A stretch of 64,000 nt of DNA from Candidatus Yanofskybacteria bacterium CG10_big_fil_rev_8_21_14_0_10_46_23 (GCA_002771135.1 PCXO01000005.1:38061-102060); one strand, 5' to 3'. Shown: positions 19,512-30,608, numbered from the stretch's first letter. Program-made: numbers and translations. The notes: generated from the sequence alone by a model not told the origin.

Positions 19512-20042
19512 ATGAAAAATCTTAAAATATATTTAATAACCGGTGTGTGTGGCTCAGGGAAAACCAGCGTCATCAAGCCCCTTAATAAGTTATTGCCAAC
19601 TGGGAAATATGACATTCACGATCTTGATGAGAGAGGCGTTCCCAACAATGCTGGCAGAACTTGGAGATTCAACGAAACCCGATATTTTATTGACTTAGGC
19701 AACAAAAATCTAGAAAAAGGAATATCGACCATTATTTGTGGCTTTTCCCGGCCAAGCGAAGTGGCAGAGCTTATGCCGGGTCAGACAAATATTTCTTTTA
19801 TTCTTCTCGATGCCCAGCCGGAAACTATTAGAAAAAGAATTTTAGGCAGATATCCAACCAAGGAAAGCGAAGAAAAGTTTACCAAGCAGACGGGGGAGAC
19901 CATCTCAGAATTTATCGATAAAAATTGTAATTTCTTGCCTGTGCTAAGAAAAGAATGTCAGGAATATAAATGCGAGATAGTTGTCACGGATGATAAATCA
20001 AGTGAAGCTGTTGCGGGAGAGGTGGCTAAAGTTGTTGCTTAA
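19512..20042 (+). CDS. P-loop nucleoside/nucleotide kinase-like protein
   Basis: Walker A GVCGSGKT; lid motif IRKR..GR. Confidence 0.75.
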   Translation: MKNLKIYLITGVCGSGKTSVIKPLNKLLPTGKYDIHDLDERGVPNNAGRTWRFNETRYFIDLGNKNLEKGISTIICGFSRPSEVAELMPGQTNISFILLDAQPETIRKRILGRYPTKESEEKFTKQTGETISEFIDKNCNFLPVLRKECQEYKCEIVVTDDKSSEAVAGEVAKVVA

Positions 20043-20375
20043 TGGAAATCCAAATTCTTTGGCGGTACCCGCGTAGGCCTTTACAGAAAGGGTCGGCGAT
20101 GGTATTTTGTTGTTTGTTAGTTAAACAGAATCTTGAACTGGATTTTCAAATTTTGAAATTCATGAACCTTTGGCCCCAAATGACGAAACGCCGTGGCTCA
20201 GCGAAAAAGAATTTCCTCCATTGAACGGTTTCCGCTAGTGTCAAAACTCAATTTGCGAGCCGACTAACCCTCGGCTTTTTGTTTACTAAAATTTTAATAG
20301 ACAAAGATTGGACTAAATTCAAAAAGGATGAACTGTGTTACTATTGATGTAACAATATAGAAAATATTTTTTTCC

Positions 20376-20897
20376 ATGGACTTCCCCGAGGCTAGGGCAA
20401 TCTACTTAATTTTACATATAATCGGTTTGGCGATCGGCGCCGGCGGGGCTTTTTTAAGTGACGGAATATTCTTTCAATCGGCAAAAGATCGATCCTTTTC
20501 TAAAACAGAGGTGGGGTTCCTGAAGTTGGGCAGTCGTTTTATTTGGGTGGGTCTATTAATTCTTACTATAAGTGGCTTACTCCTTTTTTATATGAATCCA
20601 GATCGTTATTTGGCCTCAGATAAATTTTTGGCGAAGATGACTATAGTCGCGGTCATCGCCTTGAACGGTTTAATATTCCAGCGAGTTCACATAAAAAATA
20701 TTGAAAAAAATAAAGTTTCCGTTTCCTTGTTTATTAGTGGCGGGATATCGGCCGTATCTTGGCTCTCGGCAATAATTCTTGGCTCCCTCAGGTCCGTTTC
20801 CTATGACTATTGGACGATAATCGGTTTTTATCTGATCGTTTTGATTATTTCCGTCTTAGTTGGCCTCTGGATTAAAAAAACCGTGTTTCGTCTATAG
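20376..20897 (+). CDS. Membrane protein (HxxG helix bundle)
   Basis: LHIIGLAIGAGG, KFLAKMTIV; five TM segments. Confidence 0.65.
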   Translation: MDFPEARAIYLILHIIGLAIGAGGAFLSDGIFFQSAKDRSFSKTEVGFLKLGSRFIWVGLLILTISGLLLFYMNPDRYLASDKFLAKMTIVAVIALNGLIFQRVHIKNIEKNKVSVSLFISGGISAVSWLSAIILGSLRSVSYDYWTIIGFYLIVLIISVLVGLWIKKTVFRL

Positions 20898-20909
20898 GTA
20901 AAAAATAAT

Positions 20910-21866
20910 ATGTGGAGCTTGGCCTTTTTTATCTTTGGCTTCGTCGCTCTCGTAAAGGGGTCGGATTTTTTAATTGATGGTAGCCGATCTATCGCCAAGC
21001 GTTTTAAAATATCCGATTGGATAATAGGGATAACAATTGTCGGGATCGGGACATCTATACCAGAGTTTAGTATCACGCTTCTCTCGGCCCTAAAAAACGA
21101 AGTTGACATTGGCTTGGGCACAATTATCGGCAGTAATACCTTCAATGCCTTATTTATTTTGGGGCTAGTGGCGCTGGTTTATCCGATAAGCGCAAAGCCG
21201 AGATGGATAAACCAAGATTTAACAATCAATATACTGGCCGTTATTATTACAGGGATCTTCATTTTATTTCCTATTTTTGGGGGTAATTTTTTTGAACTTT
21301 CCAGTGGTGAAGGGCGTCTCCTTTTAATTTTATTTCTTATGTGGATATTTCGAGAATTGTCCAAGAACGGGATAGACAAAGCTACTGATAAAAATGATCC
21401 GGCTTTAAAAATATTTTCTGTCCTAAGTTCTTTTCTTATGATCGGCGGGGGCCTTGCGGGGGTTCTTATTGGCGCCCAATGGGTAATTGATGGGGCCTTG
21501 ATAATAGCAAACTATCTGGGGACGAGTCAGGCCGTCATTGGGCTTACGATCGTTGGTATTGGCACGTCATTACCGGAGATCACGGTTTCCCTACGGGCTG
21601 CTCGCAGAAAAGATTTCGGAATATCTTTAGGCAATATAATCGGCTCTAATATTTTTGATTTTTTGGGCATATTGGGAATCGCCGCGTTATTCGGGGCAAT
21701 ATCTGTGCCCAAAGAGCTTTTTATTGATTTCGGGGTTACTCTAGGAGCTATGCTTATCTTAATGGCGATGATTCTCTCGGGCAAAAAGTATGTTTTACAA
21801 AGATGGCAGGGAGGCGTCATGGTTTTGGTATATCTTTCATATCTATTTTTTACATTTCAATTTTAG
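20910..21866 (+). CDS. Calcium/sodium antiporter (YrbG/CaCA)
   Basis: Two alpha repeats GTSIPE / GTSLPE and GxIIGSN. Confidence 0.92.
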   Translation: MWSLAFFIFGFVALVKGSDFLIDGSRSIAKRFKISDWIIGITIVGIGTSIPEFSITLLSALKNEVDIGLGTIIGSNTFNALFILGLVALVYPISAKPRWINQDLTINILAVIITGIFILFPIFGGNFFELSSGEGRLLLILFLMWIFRELSKNGIDKATDKNDPALKIFSVLSSFLMIGGGLAGVLIGAQWVIDGALIIANYLGTSQAVIGLTIVGIGTSLPEITVSLRAARRKDFGISLGNIIGSNIFDFLGILGIAALFGAISVPKELFIDFGVTLGAMLILMAMILSGKKYVLQRWQGGVMVLVYLSYLFFTFQF

Positions 21867-21931
21867 ATACTTAATGGCGTTCCTTGCATTCCGCACGCTG
21901 TCTGTGATAATTAAAGGATAAAATCTTTCAA

Positions 21932-22483
21932 ATGTTTACCGCTGTCCAAGCTATCGATCTAAAATTATTTCATCTGCTCAATGGTCTTGCGGGCCAGTCT
22001 TTTTTTATGGATTGGCTTATTATATTTTTTGCTTCCCACTTGGAGTACGGGTTGGGGATTGCTTTCTTGGTTTTTGCTTGGCTCCACGGCGCTACTTTCA
22101 AACAAAGAATTTATGTCTTTGGGGTGACGGTGGTCTCCGTTATCGTTGCTAATTTTGGAATTACAAAAGTTATTCGCACTTTTTATCATCGCCCCCGACC
22201 GCTCGAGGCCTTGTCGATTACCCATCTGCTGACTCGGACGGATGCTTCTTTCCCATCAGGCCACGCCACGGTTTTTTTCGCCCTGGCGATGGCGATCTAT
22301 CTTCATAATCGAAAATGGGGGGTCTGGTTTTTCGTTGGGGCAATCTTAATTAGTCTGGGTCGAGTGACGGCGGGGATTCATTACCCCCTGGATATCTTAG
22401 GGGGAGCCGTTATCGGCATGGCCGTGGCCGCTTTTATTTTCCACCTTGCTAAAAGAAAAAAGTTGCTTTTAGTTAATTTTTAA
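21932..22483 (+). CDS. PAP2 phosphatase (undecaprenyl-diphosphatase BcrC-like)
   Basis: RPRP, SFPSGH, R..AGIHYPLD. Confidence 0.9.
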   Translation: MFTAVQAIDLKLFHLLNGLAGQSFFMDWLIIFFASHLEYGLGIAFLVFAWLHGATFKQRIYVFGVTVVSVIVANFGITKVIRTFYHRPRPLEALSITHLLTRTDASFPSGHATVFFALAMAIYLHNRKWGVWFFVGAILISLGRVTAGIHYPLDILGGAVIGMAVAAFIFHLAKRKKLLLVNF

Positions 22484-22573
22484 GGTATTATGAATTACCA
22501 CTAAATAGAGAAGGGCTCGCAAATTTGTCTTTTGGACAAGTCGCGTCATATTGGGCGGGCTTATTTTTTTGAT

Positions 22574-24373
22574 ATGGAAATTAGAAATATCGCCATTATT
22601 GCTCATGTTGACCACGGTAAAACCACGCTTACCGATGCTTTAATGCGCCAAACGGGGGCCAGTCAAGGCGATGTTTCAATGGATTCCAACGATTTAGAAC
22701 AGGAACGGGGGATTACAATTTACGCTAAAAACGCCTCTCTGGTCTATCCCGCCAGTGGCTCGGGACGAGAGTCGACAAAAATAAATATCGTTGATACTCC
22801 CGGCCACGCTGACTTTGGGAGTGAGGTTGAGCGAGTACTTCGTTCGATTGATTCGGTCTTGTTGGTGGTAGATGCTCAAGAAGGACCGATGCCCCAGACT
22901 CGCTTTGTTTTAAAAAAATCTTTAGAGCTGGGTCTAAAGCCAATGGTCGTCATTAATAAAATTGATAAACCGGCCGCTGATCCGGGCCGAGTCGAAGAGC
23001 AAGTTTTAGAGTTGTTTTGGGAGCTAGGGGCTACGGACGAACAATCTAACTTCCCGGTTATCTATGCTATCGGCCGAGATGGGATAGCGAAAAAGAAATT
23101 GACTGACGACTCGAAAGATTTAACCCCGCTCTTGGAGATGATCTTAGCGCATGTCCCGCCGGCTTCTTCTTCGGCGTTAACGCAGAAGCCCCTGCGAGCC
23201 CAGCCCTTCAATTTGGGTTACGATAATTTTTTGGGTCGCTTGGCGATCGTTCGAATTTACGAAGGAGTTATAAAGGTTGGCGATAAAGTTTATATAAAGA
23301 ACGCGGAGAAAGAGGACCGTCAGGCTCGCATTACAAAACTTTTTTCATTCAAGGGGCTTGAGCGTGTTGAAGTCGCTCAAGCTTCGACGGGTGACATTGT
23401 CTTAGTAGCCGGGCTAGAAGATATTGATATCGGCGAAACGATCAGTAGTGAAGAAGTTGCCGAACTATTGCCCCACATTGCGGTTGATGAGCCGACTATT
23501 GCTTTAAATTTCTTAGTTAACAATTCGCCCTTTGCCGGCCGAGAGGGTAAATTTGTGACCTCTCGACAAATTCGCGATCGCTTGAAGCGCGAGTTGGAAG
23601 TTAATGTTGGTCTAGATGTTGATTTTTCGCAAGCCGAGATATTTAAAGTCTCCGGGCGGGGAGAATTGCACGTAGCAATTTTACTCGAGAATCTTCGCCG
23701 AGAAGGTTTCGAACTCCAAGTTTCGCAACCCCAAGTTATTTTCCATGTTGATAAGCAGGGAAACAAATCGGAGCCATTCGAAGAAGTTGTTGTTGATACG
23801 CCCCAGATTTATCAAGGTACGATTATCGAACGTCTGGGCCAGCGAAAGATGTTTTTGAAAGATATCAAAACCCACAGCCAATCGGTTCGACTTATTTTTG
23901 AAGGACCGACCCGAGGCCTTTTCGGTTATCACAGCCAATTTGTTCTCGACACCAAAGGCGAAGGAATTATCGCCTCGCGATTCATTGAATTTCGACCCTT
24001 TGCCGGCGAGATTCAAAAAAGGATTGAGGGCTCGATGATCTCCATGATTGGGGGGAAAGCTCTGGGTTTCGCTTTGGATAATCTCCAAGATCGAGGCACC
24101 CTTTATATCAAGCCGGGGGTGGAAGTCTATGAAGGCATGGTCATCGGCAACACGGCTAAGGGTGAGGAAATGTATGTTAATCCGACAAAAGGTAAGCAAT
24201 TAACCAACATGCGGGCCTCCGGTTCCGATGAGGCCATTAATTTGACACCGCCTTTTGAACTAACGATTGAGCATGGACTGGAGGTTATGAGCGAAGACGA
24301 GTATTTGGAAATTACTCCAAAGTCAGTCCGACTTCGAAAACAGACTTTAGCTAAAAATATGCGCAACAAATAA
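22574..24373 (+). CDS. typA: Translational GTPase TypA/BipA
   Basis: IRNIAIIAHVDHGKTT, DTPGHADFG, GRGELH, EITPKSVRLRK. Confidence 0.96.
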   Translation: MEIRNIAIIAHVDHGKTTLTDALMRQTGASQGDVSMDSNDLEQERGITIYAKNASLVYPASGSGRESTKINIVDTPGHADFGSEVERVLRSIDSVLLVVDAQEGPMPQTRFVLKKSLELGLKPMVVINKIDKPAADPGRVEEQVLELFWELGATDEQSNFPVIYAIGRDGIAKKKLTDDSKDLTPLLEMILAHVPPASSSALTQKPLRAQPFNLGYDNFLGRLAIVRIYEGVIKVGDKVYIKNAEKEDRQARITKLFSFKGLERVEVAQASTGDIVLVAGLEDIDIGETISSEEVAELLPHIAVDEPTIALNFLVNNSPFAGREGKFVTSRQIRDRLKRELEVNVGLDVDFSQAEIFKVSGRGELHVAILLENLRREGFELQVSQPQVIFHVDKQGNKSEPFEEVVVDTPQIYQGTIIERLGQRKMFLKDIKTHSQSVRLIFEGPTRGLFGYHSQFVLDTKGEGIIASRFIEFRPFAGEIQKRIEGSMISMIGGKALGFALDNLQDRGTLYIKPGVEVYEGMVIGNTAKGEEMYVNPTKGKQLTNMRASGSDEAINLTPPFELTIEHGLEVMSEDEYLEITPKSVRLRKQTLAKNMRNK

Positions 24374-24383
24374 GTTTAATTTT

Positions 24384-25577
24384 ATGTATCAAAAAAGATT
24401 TTCCGGTAAGCGATCTCGAAGTATTTATCCCAAACGGGCTAGCTTCCGTTATCCAAAACAGACCAAGAAAAGCGTCTCAATCGATCCGACTCGATTTGTC
24501 CATAAAGCAATAGTTACTCAAGAAAGTGACAATTTTATCCCCGAACATCGTTTTGAGGATTTAGTGATCTCACCGATTTTAAAACGTAATGTGGGGGCAA
24601 AGGGCTATAAGGTCCCCACTCCGATCCAAGATCGAACTATCCCGCATGTTTTACGGGGGCAAGATGTGGTGGGAATTGCCAATACGGGGACGGGGAAGAC
24701 GGCGGCGTTTCTTCTGCCCCTGATTGATAAAATTCTCATAAATCCGACCGAGAAGGTTTTAATCATTGTTCCGACTCGAGAGTTAGCGCTTCAAATTGAA
24801 AAAGAACTGCGGGATTTAATTCGAGGGTTAAACTTATGTCCAGTTTGTGTTGTCGGTGGTGCGGCTATCGGAGCCCAACTTAAAGCCTTGCGAACGAAAA
24901 ATCATTTTATCATTGGCACTCCCGGTCGACTCAGGGATTTAATAAAACGGGGGAATATCAAGCTAATTCAATTTTCGACGCTGGTTTTAGACGAAGCCGA
25001 TCGGATGTTGGATATGGGCTTTATTGAAGACATGCGCTTTGTCGCCAAAGGGATGCCTTCGGCCCGACACACTTTATTTTTCTCGGCCACAATTTCTCGC
25101 GAGATTGAGAGTCTGATTAATGAGTTTTTGAAACAACCCGTTCGAATCTCCGTTAAAACCGGCGAGACGGCTAAAAATGTCGAGCAGGATGTTGTTAAGG
25201 TAGGCTCCGGAAAGAATAAGGTCGATGTTCTCCACGACCTTTTGAATCAAAAAGAATTTCGAAAAGTTCTTGTTTTCGGCCGGACCAAACATGGCGTAGA
25301 AAAACTTTACCGACTTTTAATTGATCGCGGTTTTAAAGCGGAATCAATTCATGGCAATAAGAGCCACTCTCAGCGTCAGCGCGCCCTAAAAAGATTTAAA
25401 GAAAACAGTGTCCAAATTTTAGTCGCGACGGACGTCGCCGCTCGAGGTTTGGATATTGACGACGTCTCTCACGTTTTAAACTACGATTTACCGACAACCT
25501 ATGATGACTATGTCCATCGAATCGGCCGAACCGGCCGAGGCTCAAAACTGGGCAAAGCCCTCACCTTCATCGACTAG
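24384..25577 (+). CDS. DEAD-box RNA helicase
   Basis: TGTGKT, PTRELA, DEAD, SAT, HRIGRTGR. Confidence 0.95.
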   Translation: MYQKRFSGKRSRSIYPKRASFRYPKQTKKSVSIDPTRFVHKAIVTQESDNFIPEHRFEDLVISPILKRNVGAKGYKVPTPIQDRTIPHVLRGQDVVGIANTGTGKTAAFLLPLIDKILINPTEKVLIIVPTRELALQIEKELRDLIRGLNLCPVCVVGGAAIGAQLKALRTKNHFIIGTPGRLRDLIKRGNIKLIQFSTLVLDEADRMLDMGFIEDMRFVAKGMPSARHTLFFSATISREIESLINEFLKQPVRISVKTGETAKNVEQDVVKVGSGKNKVDVLHDLLNQKEFRKVLVFGRTKHGVEKLYRLLIDRGFKAESIHGNKSHSQRQRALKRFKENSVQILVATDVAARGLDIDDVSHVLNYDLPTTYDDYVHRIGRTGRGSKLGKALTFID

Positions 25578-25603
25578 GCGGGTTCTCCCGAGGAAGGGTT
25601 AAT

Positions 25604-25632
25604 TTGACCTTAATCAGATTCTACTATATAAT
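25604..25632 (+). promoter_or_regulatory. Sigma70-type promoter for the ABC transporter
   Basis: TTGACC-17 nt-TATAAT; AAGGAGGAGG before ATG 25700. Confidence 0.7.
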
Positions 25633-25699
25633 ATTAATTCGCAAATTGCTCGTTAACATAATAGTTTAAGGTCGTCCTAATAAGGAGGAGGTTGAAAGA

Positions 25700-27462
25700 A
25701 TGAAAACTAGGGAGCTGGTTCGAAAGGTCTACGAGACCTACTATGCTTTTCGGTGGGCCGTGTTGGGAGTTTTTGGCTTTATCACGGTAAGCCAAATTTT
25801 AAATCTTATTTCGCCCTATCTGCGGGGTAAAGTCGTCGACGGCTTCGTCAACAAGATACCGATCGGTGAGATTTACGCCATCATCGGCTTGGCCATTTTG
25901 GCCAACTTTACTCAGGTTGTTCTAGTGCGGTATTTTCGAGAAGTCTATGAATCTCATTACATTGACTTCTCGGTTCGCCGACACATTAGTCGAAGAATGA
26001 TTGGGAGACTGCTCCAGTTTTCGATTAGTCAACACGCTAACGAAAACTCGGGCGTGAAGATGGAGGTTATCAAGAAAGGGGAGCATGCCTTGACGGCTTT
26101 GGCTTTCCAAATCCTCTATCGGATTATTCCGACCATCGTGGAGGTAGCCTTTCTGACGAGCGTCTTATTTTATTTTAGCCCATTTTTAGGGGCCCTGGCC
26201 CTTGGGGGCGTTGTTGCCTACGTCCTCTTTGTCGTTTTTGTGAACACCCACTTTCGGGGTGATTACGAACGGATTGAGGGCCTCTACAATGACAGCTCAA
26301 AATTTCAAGGAGAAGTCTTGCGAAATATCGAGTCGGTCATCGCCAACGCCCAGGAAGCGCGGATTGCCCGCGAGGCCGATATCAACTTTGGTCGGGCTCT
26401 CGGGGTTCATCAAGAGATGACGATTCGATTCGATCGTTTCGCCCTAATCCGAAATTCGATCATTGTTCTTTTCGGAGGCGGATTTCTCGGAATTGGGGCA
26501 CCTTGGTCAATCAGGGCGTCCATACTCTTGGAGAGTTGGTAATGCTCTTGTCTTGGGCCGGCCAGATTTCCACTCGAATTTCCGGAGTTGGCTCAATTCA
26601 TCGTCAGATGGTTGAAATGATGGCCTCGGTTCGAAAATACTTCCAAATGCTCGCCATCGAGCCGGAAGTGCGGGAGCCTCAAAATCCGATCCGGCCCTTG
26701 AGATTTCGGGGCAATATCGAGTTCCGAAATATTCATTTCTCCTATCGAAATCGGTCTGGGGGTGATCGAGTTGAACTTTCAAACTTAGCCTTGCAGGATG
26801 TCAGTTTCTCGATAAAATCTGGCGAGCGGGTCGCCTTTGTTGGCGAATCGGGCGCCGGAAAGAGCACCATCGTTCTTGCTCTTTTGCGCGGCCAAGACCC
26901 CGATCAGGGGCGAATTTTGATCGATAATAACGACTTGCGGTCTCTCGATCTCAAGCGTTTTCGCGGAGCTATCGGGCTCGTCGAACAATCGGTCTTTCTT
27001 TTCGACAACACCCTCCGGTATAACCTTACCTTTGGGTTGGATGGTCGATCTGTCCAAGACGAGGAGCTAGATCGCGTGGCCAAAATGGCCTGTATTGATC
27101 GATTTTTCCCCAAGCTAGAGCGGGGTTATGACACACTTATCGGGGAAAGGGGCATTCGGCTTTCTGGCGGGGAACGCCAGCGGGTCGGGATCGCCCGAGC
27201 CTTAATGAAGAATCCGGATTTCCTCATCTTTGATGAGGCCACGAGTAATCTGGATCCCGTTAATGAGGGGCTCATTCGGGAGGCCATTCAAACCGCTTCC
27301 CAAGGTCGAACAACAATCATTATCGCGCATCGTTTCAGCACGATTCGAGGCGTCGATCGGGTGATTGTTTTTGATCAAGGCCAGGTCGCCGGTCAAGGGA
27401 CACATGAAGAACTGGTTCAGTCATGTGAGCCCTACCAGCGCTTAGTCGAGAGCCAATTATAG
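25700..27462 (+). pseudogene. MsbA-like ABC exporter (TMD+NBD) split by a frameshift near 26500
   Basis: TMD ORF 25700-26542 overlaps ORF 26503-27462, which carries the last TM (TLGELV), GESGAGKS, LSGGERQR, DEATS and AHR. Confidence 0.75.
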
Positions 27463-27617
27463 AAAGTCCCAAAGAGCCGATCGGGCTCTTTTTTGTTCCG
27501 ATTCTATGTTGGCAACCTATCCTTTATTTTGTAAGATAGGGCAGTTATCTTCATTGGATCTAGTTCTGGCTGTTCCAATCACTACGGCCATTGCCGTGAT
27601 CTTGGGGAAATTAAGAT

Positions 27618-27866
27618 ATGCTCGATAAGTTAAAACAATTAAAACAGATCCGCGATCTCCAAAAAGAGATCGGTAAAGAATCGATTGAAATTCAACGCCA
27701 AGGCATAAAAGTAACAATCGGAGGCGATATGAAAGTTTTAGATTTAAGCCTAAATCCTCAGCTCTCCAATACCGATAATGGCCGAATCGCTCAAGATTTA
27801 ATTAATGAAGGGCTTGATAAAATCCAAAGGAAAATCGCGGGGCTAATGGGTAACTTTAATTTTTAA
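27618..27866 (+). CDS. YbaB/EbfC nucleoid-associated protein
   Basis: MLDKLKQL..LQKE; IKVTIGGDMKV; size fits the family. Confidence 0.75.
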   Translation: MLDKLKQLKQIRDLQKEIGKESIEIQRQGIKVTIGGDMKVLDLSLNPQLSNTDNGRIAQDLINEGLDKIQRKIAGLMGNFNF

Positions 27867-27868
27867 TT

Positions 27869-28933
27869 ATGCGCCAACGTCTAATAATTTTTGGCACTAT
27901 AATTTTAGTTAGTCTGGTAATTTATTTTGGTTTTTTCAGAGAGTCGCGTGACGAAACCATCAATGAGATTACTTCGGCTGAAAACTACTTTATTAGCGAA
28001 GTTCAAAAAGGCGTTGTTGCCGAGCTCGGCCAACCCTTTGAAGGTTTCGAGTCGGCGATGTTTTTAGCGGTCTATCCCGGCTTAGTCGCCGATGATTTTA
28101 ATAATGTTGAAATCTATGGCGACTTAAACAATTTTTTTGTCTCCAGCTCGGCTGATAACTCGATCACGCCCATCGGAATGATAACTTTTTTGAATAATGT
28201 CGCCGGAAGATTGAACTTGGCGAAAGAGACGGAGTCGGACATTGATTTTATTTTAGATTTTATTAAGAGAACCCCGGGTCCCAGTCCCAATCCGATAACC
28301 ACCCCTACGCCGATTTTTAGCCCGGCCATAACCTCGACCCCTCGAGCAACAATAATCAAACAATCCGTCCCCTTCACCGCCCAAGCCCCATTTGGGGATT
28401 GGGCCGATCAACGTCAACAAGATGCGTGTGAGGAGGCCTCCGCCTTGATGGCGGTCTACTGGGCCAGAGGAATCACCGCCCTAACCCCGCAGAAAGCCCT
28501 AGGGGAGATTATTACGGCTTCTGATTGGCAAGAGGCTCAATATGGCACTTATAATGACACCTCGGCCCAAGATACCGTTTCAAGGATAATAATGCGCTAT
28601 TTTCAATATGCTGAAGCTCGGGTTGAATTGCCTAACTCGCCTCAAGACATCCTGGCCGAAATAGAGGCTGGGAGCCTAGTTCTTGTTCCGGCTGTTGGCC
28701 AGCTCTTAGGCAACCCCTATTTTACGCCCCCCGGCCCGGAGCGCCACATGTTAGTCATTATTGGCTACGACTATGAAACTAAAGAATTTATCACCAATGA
28801 TCCCGGAACAAAGCGGGGGAAAGATTATCGTTACAATCAAAATGTTTTATTCGAGGCGATTCGCGACTATCCCACCGGTAATCACCGCCCCAGCACGGAG
28901 AATCAAAAGAGGATGATCATTATCTCTAAATAA
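27869..28933 (+). CDS. Secreted C39-like peptidase
   Basis: VPFTAQAP, QDACEEAS (Cys), HMLVIIGYD (His), NDPG; Pro/Thr linker. Confidence 0.8.
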   Translation: MRQRLIIFGTIILVSLVIYFGFFRESRDETINEITSAENYFISEVQKGVVAELGQPFEGFESAMFLAVYPGLVADDFNNVEIYGDLNNFFVSSSADNSITPIGMITFLNNVAGRLNLAKETESDIDFILDFIKRTPGPSPNPITTPTPIFSPAITSTPRATIIKQSVPFTAQAPFGDWADQRQQDACEEASALMAVYWARGITALTPQKALGEIITASDWQEAQYGTYNDTSAQDTVSRIIMRYFQYAEARVELPNSPQDILAEIEAGSLVLVPAVGQLLGNPYFTPPGPERHMLVIIGYDYETKEFITNDPGTKRGKDYRYNQNVLFEAIRDYPTGNHRPSTENQKRMIIISK

Positions 28934-28974
28934 GGTCTTTATTTTTGGCTTAATTCTGTTAGGATAGCCTCATT

Positions 28975-29619
28975 ATGAAAAAAATCGGACTAATCTTGGT
29001 CGTCATTGCTATTCTTATTTTGGCCTTTATTTTCTTTAGAAACAGTGGGCCGACCAATAACCTTGATCAATTTGAGCAAAGCGCTGAGAATCTTCCGGTT
29101 ATCCCGGAGGGCCAATACAAAGTTGATAGCGAATTAACTCGACTGCGTTGGCAGGGCTCGCGAATTGACGGAAGTACGCACTTTGGCTTCGTTACCGTTA
29201 GCGGGGGAGAAGTTGAAGTTAAGGAGGGCAAAGCCGAAGGGGAATTTAACATTGATATGACGACAATTTCTGAAAGCAAGAACACGGAAATGTTTTTGCT
29301 AGATATTCGCGGTGAAGATTTCTTTGCCGTCGATCGCTTCCCAACGGCTAAAATTAAAATCAACATTGACTCCGAAATGGACCGGGGGCCGGAGGCTTAC
29401 ACGGTTCGAGGCGAACTGACGATTCGAGATAAAACCAACCCCATTTCTTTTCCGGCAAGAATCCATCGCGACGGCAATAATCTGGTAGCGGACGCTTCCT
29501 TCCTTATTGACCGAACTGAGTGGGATATTATTTTTGACTCGGGCAGTTTCTTCACTAATCTTGGCGATCGAGCCATCCACGACAACATTCAGTTTGAACT
29601 TCACCTTATTTTAAATTAG
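28975..29619 (+). CDS. YceI-family protein
   Basis: DFFAVDRFPTA, GELTIRDKTNPISF, IDRTEW. Confidence 0.88.
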   Translation: MKKIGLILVVIAILILAFIFFRNSGPTNNLDQFEQSAENLPVIPEGQYKVDSELTRLRWQGSRIDGSTHFGFVTVSGGEVEVKEGKAEGEFNIDMTTISESKNTEMFLLDIRGEDFFAVDRFPTAKIKINIDSEMDRGPEAYTVRGELTIRDKTNPISFPARIHRDGNNLVADASFLIDRTEWDIIFDSGSFFTNLGDRAIHDNIQFELHLILN

Positions 29620-29657
29620 TCTCGGGGACATCTTGACGGAGATGCTATAATTAATTT

Positions 29658-30149
29658 ATGGAAAACAAAAATAAAGCAACCCAAGAGGCGGCTTTTGCGG
29701 CCGGCTGTTTTTGGGGGATAGAAGATGCTTTTCGCCAATTAGAGGGCGTTACCTTCACGGAAGTTGGCTATATGGGTGGCCATCAAGATGACCCTAGCTA
29801 TGAAGGAGTCTGCGGAGGACAGACCGGTCACGCCGAGACGGTTCACTTGGAATTTGATCCCGATAAAATCTCTTACCAAAAATTATTAAAAACTTTTTGG
29901 GAAATTCATGATCCAACCACGCTAAATCGACAGGGGCCCGATGTCGGCTCGCAATACCGTTCGGTAATTTTTTACTATAATGATGACCAGAGAAAACAAG
30001 CCGAGGAGTCAAAGACGGCCTTGGAAGATTCTGAGAAATACGACGACGAGGTCGTTACCGAGATAGTCCCGGCTCCGGAGTTTTATCGGGCGGAAGAATA
30101 TCATCAGCAATACTTTGAGAAAACCGGCCGGCGGGTTTGTCACGTTTAA
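29658..30149 (+). CDS. msrA: Peptide-methionine (S)-S-oxide reductase
   Basis: AAGCFWG, TGHAE, RQGPDVGSQYRS, AEEYHQQY. Confidence 0.96.
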   Translation: MENKNKATQEAAFAAGCFWGIEDAFRQLEGVTFTEVGYMGGHQDDPSYEGVCGGQTGHAETVHLEFDPDKISYQKLLKTFWEIHDPTTLNRQGPDVGSQYRSVIFYYNDDQRKQAEESKTALEDSEKYDDEVVTEIVPAPEFYRAEEYHQQYFEKTGRRVCHV

Positions 30150-30185
30150 CTTCAAAAAGAAAAGACTCCCCGTTTCGGCGGGGAG

Positions 30186-30608
30186 TCAGTTTTGGAATCG
30201 ACGGGCGATCTTTTGGGCTAAGCCCTCTAGATCGTCCAATTCCGACTGGTGTACTACCAAGTCGGCCTTGGTCCCGTCTTTCTCGGGGTTGATGGTCAGG
30301 TCAATTGTGACCCTCTTTCCCCGAAAGACAAAGAACCCGTCGATTCCGTGCCACTGATCCAGTGGCGATCCTAGTGCGGTGTAGAACCGCAATTCCGACC
30401 AATCCTCGATTTCCAGCGCGATAGCGATCAGCGCGTGGAGATCGTTCATGGTCGGCGATTCGGGATCGCTCGGATCACCCGACTGGCCCTTTTCGACCAG
30501 TCGGAGGCTCTCACGGAATGGGGTATAATCCCCATTCCAAGAGAGCCGGCACGGGCCCAGCACCTCTTGTTCAAAGAGGTGCCCAGTGTAACTACTAGGT
30601 GTGGCCAT
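30186..30608 (-). CDS. Hypothetical protein, possible PD-(D/E)xK-like fold (orphan cassette)
   Basis: ATG 30608 with AGGAGG; G..FE and D...GID...IDLT pattern; terminator 30154-30187. Confidence 0.6.
   Translation of the reverse strand: MATPSSYTGHLFEQEVLGPCRLSWNGDYTPFRESLRLVEKGQSGDPSDPESPTMNDLHALIAIALEIEDWSELRFYTALGSPLDQWHGIDGFFVFRGKRVTIDLTINPEKDGTKADLVVHQSELDDLEGLAQKIARRFQN

Noticed and set aside
20042-20280. ORF 20042-20224 or a gene remnant
   Set aside because: No recognisable motif or SD; cannot be supported beyond a terminator-like hairpin near 20258-20280.
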